Source: Macrostomum lignano (taxonomy: Eukaryota). Taken from it: a stretch of DNA of 64,000 bases. The stretch covers positions 1-64,000 of the forward strand of contig NIVC01001615.1 of the NCBI GenBank assembly GCA_002269645.1, given 5' to 3'. Under the pieces are notes generated by a model that was not told where the DNA came from, ran no database searches, and saw only the letters and a program-made list of their open reading frames with translations. The position numbers were made by a program, and so were the translations under genes. This document shows, piece after piece, positions 32,478 through 43,163 of the stretch. Positions within the stretch are counted from its first letter, which is position 1. Each line of letters starts with the position of its first letter.

Positions 32478-34258
32478 ATGCCAAATCCAACGAAGTGCTT
32501 GCTCACAACAGTGAGTACGATAGCGCGCTGCACTCGGGGAATCAGCACCGGCAGTTGCCAAGCCCACAGAGCCAGCCGCCTTCTACAGCAGATGATCCAA
32601 TGCAAGGACATGACAAGAGTGATGCGATGGCTTGAAGATGGGCGCGACATCGAGTGCCCAACGCACAGCATTGGCTATACTCTGCTTCACGCCGCCGCCA
32701 GGTACAACCGAGTCGGGCTGGTTGAATGCCTCATCGAGGGCAAAGCCAACGTCAACGCGCAGAGCCTGTGGGGCGCTGCGCCGCTACACTTTGCCGTCCA
32801 GAAGAACTCGCTGTTGTCTTTGAAACGCCTGCTGGCAGTGCCCGGAATACAGGTTGGCATCAGGACCAGGAACGGGCTCTCACCGCTGCACTACGCGGCT
32901 GATAATGGCCACTTGGAGGCGGCCGAACTGCTCGTGGAGGCCGGCGCCGACATGAACGAGCAGACAGAGGACGGCAGAGCTCCGCTACACTTTGCCTGCT
33001 TGAAGGGCCACAAAGAGTTTGCTCTGTGGCTAATCGACTCAGGAACGGCGAACTGCAGTCTCATAAAGAAGGACGGTAAGACTGCGCTTCACCTGGCGAA
33101 CTTCGAAGACATTGCTAGACGATTGATTGAAAAAGGCGTCGGACTGAATACGAAGGCTGTGAATGGCCGTACAGCTCTGTTCTTGGCTGCTGCCAGCAAC
33201 AATGCGGAAGTTGTGGCTTCGCTATTGAAGGCCGGAGCACTTGTTAACTTCGCAGACAATAAAGGACAGACCCCGTTTCACATTGCATGCAACAATAATT
33301 GCGAAGAAGTCGTGCGCATGCTGCAACAGGAGCGGCTCAATCCTAATGCTAGCGACAAGCTGGGCTGCAGTGCACTTCACTTGGCCGCTGATAATGGCCA
33401 CTCTGAAATAGTTTACCAGCTACTCGAGAAAAAGAAGATTCGAGTCAACTCGCGTGACTGTCAGGGCCGGACGCCTTTGTACTTTGCTGCTCATCGGGGG
33501 CAGATAAAAGCTGTAAAACTGCTGGCAGAGTGCAATCGAACGGAGTTAAACATCCAGGGCAACGACGGCAATACACCACTGCACGCGGCTGCGGATTGTG
33601 GCCACACGGAGGTTGTTGAAGCTCTATTGAAGGCAGGCTGCAATGTCAACCTGCACAACAGCACTAGGAGCGGGGTGCCACTTCACTTTGCCGCTGACAG
33701 GGGCTTCGTCAAGATTGTGCAACTGCTCCTGGGCTACGATGCTGAAGTTGACGCTAAATCCAGCGAAGGCTGGACGGCGCTGCATTTCGCATCAAGACTA
33801 GGCCGCACCGAGGTCGCTCGGATACTAGTGGAGCGCGGAGCGTGCGTCAATAGTTCTGGCCGCCATGGCTGGACGCCGCTGCACGTGGCCACGCGCATGG
33901 GCCACGGTGAAATTGTCAAGCTGCTTATTGGAAAGTCGGCCGATGTTGGCATCGAGCTTGAAGACGGGAATGCGCCGCTGCATTTTGCGGCCCAGAATGG
34001 GCATCCAGAAATTATTACAATGCTTTTAGATGCGGGAGCTTCTCCGACACAAAAGGCGCACCGCACTTCCGCGACGCCAATTGATCTCGCAGCAGTGTTT
34101 AACCGACATGTGTCATTAAAGCTGATGCTTCAGTCCCTTTGCCGAAAAGGCGTTGATCTGCTCAACGAAAAAAGCTTGGAAAGTCTTGATAGAACGAAGC
34201 TAAAGGAGGCTCAAGAACTTTTGTCAACAGATAGACCACAGCGTGACACTAAGATACG
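32478..34258 (+). CDS. Ankyrin-repeat exon (~15-16 ANK repeats), N-terminal part of the ANK-Mab-21 gene model
   Basis: Uninterrupted ORF with recurring G-x-T/A-P/A-L-H-x-A-A...G-H...V/L-L-L...GA-x-VN units. Phase-2 donor CG|GTACGT at 34258/34259. Start codon uncertain (32478 or a downstream ATG). Confidence 0.92.
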
Positions 34259-34389
34259 GTACGTTCTAACGAGTGCCCTGTTAATAAATTCATTACAGGA
34301 GTTGCATCATTGAACTTAACGTGCAATAATATGAACGTGTGGAATAAAACAATATTGAAAAAAATTGTGGATGAATGTGATAATCCCGT

Positions 34390-34705
34390 CACCAGCTCAG
34401 CGGTAGACGCGTCCGACTCTCGCGCAACGCCCCAGGGTTCGATTTCGTGCACAGTCACATTAATTTTAGGGCTTGCGCACGAAGATTAGCCGGCGCTTGT
34501 CGTGCAATTCACAACACATGAGGGCCAACCCCCAAGGCACCGAGAGTGTGCATGCCTATCGATTAGAAAGTCATGGCCGCTGTACAGCCTGCGTATGCGC
34601 ATGTACGAGTATGCGCTCAGGAGTCAGCAGAGTGGGCAGAATTGCCTGAGCGCTGATTGGGGCGATGTCGCCGAAGGTATAGCGCCAGGCTGCCCACAGA
34701 TGCAA
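34390..34705 (+). mobile_element. tRNA-derived SINE, family A copy 2, inside the ANK/Mab-21 intron
   Basis: A-box CAGCTCAGCGGTAG (34393) and B-box GGGTTCGATTTC (34435). Colinear with 14262-14620. Confidence 0.75.
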
Positions 34706-34759
34706 TGACATGCAATTAATTAATATAAACATTATAAACCCTGTCCTCACAACTTGCAG

Positions 34760-36782
34760 CAGCCAGGAACTACACGAGGCAATGAACGAGGCGGGCTTCA
34801 TTCGAGAGAGATGCGTGACCCAGACAGCGATGAGTCATGTGTTAGAAGAAATTATTCAGTCGCACTCAGGGCAAACCATGTGCCTCACAGGCAGCTTTTC
34901 CGAAGGCTGGGGATGCTCCCTTACTCGATTGGATGGCATTGTGGATCTTAACTCTGATTTGGACATGACTGTCTTCATCAAGGGCCTTCGGTACCACCTG
35001 AAAGGATTCTGCAAGTGTACAAAGCTGAAAGAGTCTCCCGAAGACGATAACAGAAGACGAGAAATCACTGAGCGACAGCGTAACACCTTGGAATACAGCC
35101 AGGGACACGTAAAGTTCAGCGGACATTGTGAGTTTGCAGTAGGCGAATTTAGTTTTTGCAGAGTAAGCAGTCAACAGATGTACTGAAACTAATAAATGCG
35201 ACCCAAATTTTAGCCTCAAATCCAGTTCGCAACTTCTACGGATCCATAAAGCGCCCGGCCATGGACGAAGCGGTCGCTTACAACTGCTGCTCCTATCCGG
35301 ACATGCCGATCCTAGATGCCAAAACCACTAAGATAAGCAAGGTCTGCATGGATAAGCTCAAACGAGAGTCGCTCAGGCACAACTCCTGTCACTTGGTTTC
35401 CGCCGCGCCTCCCGGAATGGAAGGTCTCTACATAAGAGTTAGTACGGCCCTTCTCGAGAAGAAGATGACTAGGCATCTAAATGTTGTCCAGGGTCAGGTA
35501 TTAACCATACTAAAATATCTCACCAAGAGTGTTGTCAATAAGAACAAACGAGCACTAAAGTCGTATCACGTTAAGACTTTAATTTACTGGATGGTGAATG
35601 AGGTAGCAGAAGAGGAGTGGATGCCCAATAATCTCATTTCTCTTGTTGAAAAGGCTCTAAACAAGCTAGCCGAAGATTTGGAAAGATTACGAGGGTGTTA
35701 AGCCGCATGACGTCATGCCTCATTTCTTTCTGCCTGACACCATGCTTCAACTGCATAGAGATGGACCCCACCGAGATGAAGTGGCAAAAACGGTGCGCAA
35801 TGTTCTTGGTAATTTGAATCGACATCTAACTGAATACAAGCGGCTGTTGCGACCCTTGGGACCTGATAAGCTGATGAATTTTCATCCATTTATGTATATT
35901 CCTCGAAGCCCAGTAAGTTCAAGTGGCCTCTCATCAGACTCTATTGAATATTTCGCATTGTTTGATCATATGAAGCGTCTGCTACTCTGCTTGACTAATG
36001 ACATACAATCGGATAAATGCAGCCTGCTCAAGGATATCGATGCCATTCCGGTCTTTGCCAAGACGGCGCGCGAATGCATGAAAGCGCTGGCACAGTTGAA
36101 ATACGGTGAAGTCGATGCCGCTAAAGGCACCGTGGAAGCTTTTGTCAACAGCGGCCATCGGGTCTCTCGAGGAATTGAGGTTCGAGAAAACGCCAAAGCA
36201 GTTGACAAAGAAATCGAACATGTTTGGCGGCAGCTGAGAGAGACAGACTCGGGGTATAAGTTTTGCTTTTACATCCCTCCACCTGCGGATCCTAACCTTG
36301 ACTTTGTGAGCCCGAGAATTAGCGAGTGGGTTCCGCTCAAGCTTCTAGACTTTGATAGCTACTACGGCATAAATTTCGACGTTCTGATCAAGAGTCTCTA
36401 CCTGGAGTTCTTTCCTGACCACGAAGCGACGAAAATGAAGTGGTTTCGCGAACTCATCGATGGAGACCTCGACGTCAAAGGAATGCTGATGCTAATTGAG
36501 TTCTGCAGCGAGTCAGAGTTGCTGCTCGATATGATTCACAAACACAAGGCGTTGGTGGCTGCTTCGAAAATTCTACAAGATAAACTGGTTTTAAAAATTC
36601 AAGACATGGTATGTCTGCTTTAATTTGTATTGTCAAATTATTTAGCGTCTACTTCGAAGGCTAAATACTCGTATATGCAAACACGTCCCTTTCAGGAAGA
36701 ACTGCAGAAGCAGTCAAAGACTAGGACTCTAAAAAAACTTATTCAGGAAGAGTTACTCGATCTGGACAGCTTCGGTTGGTGA
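34760..36782 (+). CDS. Mab-21 / cGAS-like (cGLR-type) nucleotidyltransferase domain plus uncharacterised C-terminal region; apparent 1-nt frameshift near 35681-35684
   Basis: LTGSFSEG...SDLDMTV (Pol-beta NTase G[GS]..DhD), MDEAVAY (candidate third Asp), SCHLV, RVSTALLEKKM, LKSYHVKTLIYW..EEEW, MPHFFLP. Candidate 50-53 nt intron at ~35109-35177 and terminal exon 36696-36782. Confidence 0.82.
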
Positions 36783-37184
36783 TATGTCACTGGCTTGCGC
36801 ATTTTTAACGTCTAAGCCACCGCTTTTTGTGTGACGTACGTTCTGAGAGATACCTACTTGACAGCGTAGGTGTTATTCTCATGTATAGTACTCGTAGTTT
36901 CTAAAAGGATTTACACAACAGTTCCTTTTAAAGGAGGCTAGATTTTAGATGCGGTGCTTTGCATGGTATATTCTTATTTCCATTGGAATGTGCGCTGCAT
37001 GAAGGTAGTAGTTTGCTGTAGTTAATCTTATTTGCTGTACATAGCTATGTATGGATGAAGACTCATACACCCACAAATTAAAAAGGTCATTGATGTACCA
37101 AATAAATAACCATTTGCAGGAGGGCTGCGGGCACCCTGGCGTAACGCCTTGTGACGTCTTCCCACAACCAGAGCTTAAGGCATG

Positions 37185-37975
37185 CAATGGATAAATAATC
37201 AGCGGTCCCAGTGCGTGACAACGATTGTCTGGGCGCTCGCCAGACAATCGTTGTCACGCACTGGGACCGCTGATTCTTTGCATTGTTTTTCTGTTTGACG
37301 ATCCTACAGACAATGCATTGTTTGTAGTAATGGATTGTTCTGCATTAAAAATGTGAATAATGATCGTCAAATTGCTAAACAATGAAAAAAAGTCTTCAAT
37401 AGCTTGATTCTCCCATTCTCCCTTCTAAGGATTAAATTGCTTGCTCCTAGGCTCAATTGGCTTGGAAAATGCTGTATTGAATTTCAGCTCATTTCAGCTG
37501 GACTTTGACTCAGTCAGTGAGTTTTTGTCTGTGGTATAGTCCTATCCAAGTAAGTCTAGTGCTTTTCAGGGACTAAGTTATTAATAAATCGGTCTCCAAC
37601 TACCTAGTATTGAGTAGTCCCGGATTACGCATGCCTGCGTGCAGAATCGGGGCGCTTGCATTTGCCCAGGAGTCAGCGAAATGGGTAGAATTGTTTAGCA
37701 ATTTGACGATCATTATTCACATTTTTAATGCAGAACAATCCATTACTACAAACAATGCAATGTCTGTAGGATCGTCAAACAGAAAAACAATGCAAAGATT
37801 CAGCGGTCGCAGCACGTGACAACGATTTGTCTATGGCAAACAGATTTGTCTATGTCTATGACAAACAATCGTTGTCACGCACTGGGACCGCTGATTATTT
37901 ATCCATTGTCTATTGCCCAGAGGGGGTCTATGGAGCAACCAATTTGAGAATCTTGGCGCGCAATTAATCCTTTTC
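37185..37975. repeat. Fold-back structure: two inverted copies of a hairpin-containing repeat
   Basis: Perfect 35-bp stem 37198-37232/37240-37274. 109-bp inverted repeat 37275-37383/37690-37798 with one mismatch. Outer inverted repeat 37185-37229/37865-37908. Confidence 0.85.
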
Positions 37976-39372
37976 ACAGTGCTCGTAAATACTTCACGAA
38001 TAACTTCACTGAAATAACGTCTGCAAATAAATGGCATATCAAAAAACGATTGAAATTGTTGAAACCCGGGTCGGTTTGGGTGCCCAGTCCCGAGTACAAT
38101 ATATATATTATACGTAATATACAGGCGTAGTGACGCTCTGTCTGTACTTTTGTTGATACGAGCAGGCGTGACGACGCTTTGTGATGATAATTCGATCCCT
38201 CTGGTGTTGTGACACTCAGAGTTCACGCTGCGGCTCGAGGTGTGGTGACACTCTCGAGTGCTTCTAGTCTCGATACTGTAGGTTGTACACACTATATAGA
38301 GTAGCCGGTACAGTACTACAATACGCTATACGCTCTCCCGGCGTTATGACACTCTGGCAAGAACTCCCTGCAGCCTAACAAGCTCCCCAGAAAAGAATGA
38401 ACTCAAGCAGCAGGCGGCTTACCAGTGGCCAAATTGCCGTTCGTACGTTTATTGCTCGTAGGTCTCAAGCGCAGGTTTGCACGTTTGTTGATTTGCTCGT
38501 AGGTCTCAAGCGCGGCTTCTAATTTCTTCGCTTTTCTCAAACACTCTTTTCAAAGACTGACTTCTCAATTGGGCTCTCGGGTTTCTGTTATTGTAGGTAG
38601 CTAATGTCGCTGTTTCTTACTCAAGTCAAGTCTCGCGCTTGCTATCTCGGAGCACCCCAAAACACAAACAGCACGCAGGGCGTGGGCAAACCCAGGGTCG
38701 CACGATAAATAGCACCCAAACCCTGGGGCAGACGGCCCCACCGGCTAAGCCCAACAAAACAAACAAACTACCCAAAAAATAGACTGGCCGCGCCGGCCGG
38801 CCAATCAAAACACCGCCTAGGGGGGGAGGGGCTGCACCCGCGACAAAGCTGGCCCGGCCGCAGCCAACCAGCCCTGAGCACGGGGCAGGGGCACGGCTGG
38901 GGAGTGGCACGCGCAAAGCCCGGCCGCCAGCCAGACCCTGCCACGCCCGAAACCCCCCCCCCCTAGCCAGCCCCAAAGTGCAACGCGCCCTGCCAACCGA
39001 CAAGGGCGCATGCACTACAAATTTTACACTTTGATTTCAGAGAAACCAATCAAAACAGGCAAAGGCAAAGCCCTGACATACAGTATAAGCCGAGAACGAT
39101 CGTGTCTCTCAAAACAGTGTTGGACAGATTGAAATCAAACCCGATCAGTGTTCAGAGAATTTCTTCCTCGTTTAAGCAGCGCGGGATGAAGCGAAGCATC
39201 TGCCGAAACCAGCCACCGCATTTGGCTACTGTGATCTCAGCGGTTGTCTCCTCCGCAATCCGGTGAAGAACGAGTACGCGCCACTCGAGCAGTGTTGTCT
39301 CTGGCGGTGGATTGTCTAAATCCATTTGCACCTGTGGCTGCGCAATTTGCCGCTTGATGGCCGCCTTCAAAC

Positions 39373-39418
39373 CAAGGACCACTGAAGTCACTTCGTTAAA
39401 CTTCTTAAGTAGTCCTTG
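39373..39418. mobile_element. 46-bp micro-element with CAAGGAC/GTCCTTG termini and a perfect 8-bp TSD (hAT-like)
   Basis: TSD CTTCAAAC at 39365-39372 and 39419-39426. 46+8 = 54 nt = 18 extra codons in the transposase frame. Confidence 0.75.
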
Positions 39419-40298
39419 CTTCAAACAGGAATGCGCACACTCAGTCGGGTTCAGAAATGGATAATATGGAGGCAGTACTTCAACCTGCCAATTCAGCTCA
39501 AACTGCTGGGAGATCCTCAGCCCGTTATGGAAGCGAGTTCTATCAATGATGACTAAGAAGTTGTCGGCATTGTCTACATCATCTCGATTGTTGACAGCAT
39601 GGAGCAGCTCCTCGACAATTGCTTGAAACACGTTTGCAGTCAGTGTGTGACCGACAATCTTGTGGTGTACCAAGCCGAGATTTGGTGCCACTGCCTGCAG
39701 GACATTGACCTGAACCCCACGTTGCGTGTGCAAAACACGTCGGACTCGCTGGCCACGTCTGCTGCGTCCTTGGGACCGGCGAGTCCAAATGTTGAAACCG
39801 GTCTCATCAACATAGATGAGGTGACGTTCAGGTGGAACACCAGTGAGCCAGAGAGCAAATTCTCGTCGGCATGCCCGATTTTCAGGACTATTCCTGACCA
39901 CTGGCAAATCGGCGTCTCGACCAAGGCACTTCAATGTAATCAGCTGCTTGTCCAAGGTCCGGCAGTTGTAGTACTCACTTCGAGGCCTGGATAGGTGTCA
40001 GTCAGCTTGCGTCGCAACTCTTTCAACGTCATTAGAGGATTGCTATCCAGTGATGAAAGAAGCAGTTGAATGTGTTGCTCTTCCAGTTTCGATGCCCGAT
40101 CTCCACCCGTCGTGCGCGGCCCCGGCGTCCCGTGATAACATAGCGACGCCTGATAGAATACACTGTTTTTCTCTTTACGTCCAGCCATCGCGAAATTTGC
40201 TCAGCACCATCACCTCTCTCGATGGCAGCGACAATCAGGTCGTACTTTTCGTTGCTTATCTTGCGATAGGGTTCTCGCCCTGCAGGATTCTGCTCATC

Positions 40299-41305
40299 TA
40301 GGGGTGTTCGGGGTTCGGGGTCGGGTCGGGTTTCGGGTTGGGTTTTGGCACCGGGTTCGGGGTTCGGGATAGGCGTTCGGGTCGGGTTCGGTGTTCGGGG
40401 TAGTGTGTTCGGGTTCAGGTTTCGGGTCGGGTTTTGGTACCGGGTTCAGGGTTTTCGAGATTTTTAAATTTTTACGAGTTGAAACGAAGTGAAGCGTAAA
40501 CTGAGTATTTCCAGGTTTTTTCGCGTATATTTAATTTTTTAAATCGTTCTAAATATCATTCTAGTATGCAACCTTACGAGTACCTTATAATGCGCAACAA
40601 TTTACACAAATGATAAATTAAGGCTTCGTCAAGAATCCGTTTAAACAAAATTGAATTTATAATAATATAGCCTTCTCCAAGCAAAAGAAGACCATATTGG
40701 TGCATTTGCATTACTTGCATTATAATGAGCTGAGGAATGTCTTGACTAATATTATTATTATACAATCATATCATTCAATAATTCATTGACAGAGGGCCCG
40801 GTCTTTAAAGCCAGCGTAAGATAAGATCGTTCTTAGCTCCTATCTCCGCAGTGTAAAAGTTCCGACGTACGATCGAACGACAGCTTTATAGTACGACCCC
40901 AGAATCTTTAATAGTACGCAGTGCCTCTAGTTACGAATCTGCTGATTCCAAATTCTGTGGCATGTCTCTGGGTTAAAATGAAAAAAATGGACTATATCAA
41001 TGTGATTTTCTAAAATCTAGTTGAATTTTTTGTCAACATGACCCCACAATTAATACGAATAATTGTTGAGAATACGAAATCGAAAATACGAAAAATAGTG
41101 CAACTATTTGATTCTGATTGAGTATTGATGTTTTTTCGGGTAGAATTTCGGGGTTGGGTCGGGTCGGGTCGGGTCGGGTCGGGTTTTGGGTCCGGGTCGG
41201 GTTCGGGTTCGGGTAGAGTGTTCGGGTCAGGTTCGGGGTTCGGGGTTAGAGCTTCGGGTTCGAGTTCTACCCCGAACCCGAAAAACGGAAGCCCGAACAC
41301 CCCTA
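40299..41305. mobile_element. Non-autonomous hAT-like element (1007 bp)
   Basis: 14-bp TIR TAGGGGTGTTCGGG / CCCGAACACCCCTA. Perfect 8-bp TSD TGCTCATC (40291-98, 41306-13). Subterminal (GGGTTC/GGGTC)n arrays. Confidence 0.92.
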
Positions 41306-43163
41306 TGCTCATCCACTGCATCTAGGGCTGTAGCAAAACTTTCGTCACTGCTCTGCTCGCTAAATTCTTCGTCTGCCATATCTATGTTTGTCTAATGAAA
41401 TCTGTTATTTTCTATGGTCTAAGGCTTGCACAACTGTGGAAAGGATTAATAGCGCGCCCAAATTCTCAGGTTGGTTGTTCCATAGACCCCCCTTTCGGGC
41501 CATAGACAATGAAAAGCAAATCTTCAATTGCTTGATTTTCCCACTAAAGATTAAATTGCTTGCCCCTATGCTCAATTAGCTTGAAAAATGCTATAATATC
41601 AAGCGCTACAACCATTGGACCATTTTTAACTGAATTAATCCTTTTATCCCGTCAGCTTGGGGGGGGGGGCACATGACAAGATTTGTGGCGCCTGTTTTTA
41701 TTCGTTTCTAACATCCTGAATTCAGCTGGCTTTCGTGGCCGGATCGCGCAATCACATGTAAATTACATATGTAGCTAAAGCGACTTAATCAAGGCTGTAA
41801 ATTTTGCTGCTACCATTTTTATCCTGAACAGCGCTGTGCATGAAATATAAATTCAGCTTCTGTATTATCAAATAATCAATTTTTCCAGCGTGACACCATG
41901 GCTTTAAATTATCAGCTTACGGTTCGTATTGTGCCAACTGTACAATTAAGTGGCCTAAAATCATGTTTTTGTCTGTTTACGAATTTTATTTTGCCTTGCA
42001 GCTAGCTCGTATAGTAAGCGCGTACTATATTATTTTTTAGGAAATCTTATTCTTTACAAAGTTATTTTTCAATAACATTTTTTATGAATCTGATTAAGGG
42101 AACTAATAAAAATTAATCTCTTTGTTGTTCAGCACACGTGTCTCCAACTTGTTTTATTTACTCAATATTGATCGATGCTAAGAAATTGCTATCAAATTTA
42201 CATGTATTCAATTTAATAGAGATGGCCCATAATATTGGTCAAGTGGCGACTCGATCAGAGCGGGAGGACGCGCAAACGAGATTGATCGGAATCTACGAGG
42301 CTATATATAGATCCAGCCAAACAAACGAATTAAAAGCACAAAAGGTCCGATCGTAATATGTTGTACTTTACGAGCCTCGAACAAGTACGACGTGTCGTCC
42401 TTTGGCCACGAGTTAAGAAGCAGCTTGTAAGTTTTGTATGTAGCGAAGGTTTTGTGCATGTACTGGAATGCTCGGGGAAGTTTTCGTGGCGGCGGGATGG
42501 GTAAAAGAAATGCTAAAAAGTAGCAGTTAGTTCCAGTGGTCCTTGGATGGGTATTAGGCAAGTACATGTATGGGATCGGCGAACCTTAAGGCGTGTGAAA
42601 TCTTCGAGGACTACATATGTAGGTGATGAAGGAGAGTTAGTTAACACTGCAATTCTATACATCCAATCAACTACATGTAAATGGTGACCGGCGTTGCACT
42701 ATGAAAAGGGCCGTGGTCACTTACGGGTCTATGAGAATTTCCCGTTTTAGGAAGCTTTATCGCCGAGGTTTTCCCGCCGAGATTTCCCCGCCGAGATTTT
42801 CCCGCATGGGTTTTTTCCTGTCGGAATTTCAAGTAAAATCCAGTTTATAGACAATGCTGGACTAGATTAGAACTAGTCTAGGCTAGACTAGACTAGGCTA
42901 GACTAGGCATAGGGCCGTATGCAGAAAGCTCTGTCTAGGGTAGTCCGGTCTTGAAAAGCTAGTCTGGACTTGGATTTGGTATGCAGAAACACAAATTTAG
43001 ACCGGTCTAGCATAGACAAAACTACCCTAGTTCTGTCTATGGTAGTTTAGTCTTACTTTGGTATGCATAAAAGCTTTGACTAGTTAGTCTGGACTAGACA
43101 AAACCTAGCCTGCTCTAGAGCTGTCTTGATAGCTAATTTTGCATTGCCTTCGCCCTTAGACGA

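Larger units (their letters stand above)
39152..41379 (-). mobile_element. IS630/Tc1-superfamily (DDE_3-type) transposase gene, interrupted by two insertions and frameshifts
   Basis: YVDETGFN, VIIDRTRFH, LPPYYPFLNPTE (33 residues between D and E). HTH-like N-terminus SRWLDVKRKTVYSIRRR. ATG at 41379 (MADEEFSEQSSDE...) reads across the 40299-41305 insertion. TIRs not found. Confidence 0.85.

Noticed and set aside
38057-38351. TGT...ACA-bounded 295-bp segment resembling a solo LTR
   Set aside because: The flanks (GAAAT / CTCTG) are not a TSD, and there is no convincing PBS, PPT or internal ORF.
38626-39015. GC-rich 129-aa ORF on the minus strand
   Set aside because: Low complexity, no motifs or splice context; probably part of an unrecognised repeat.
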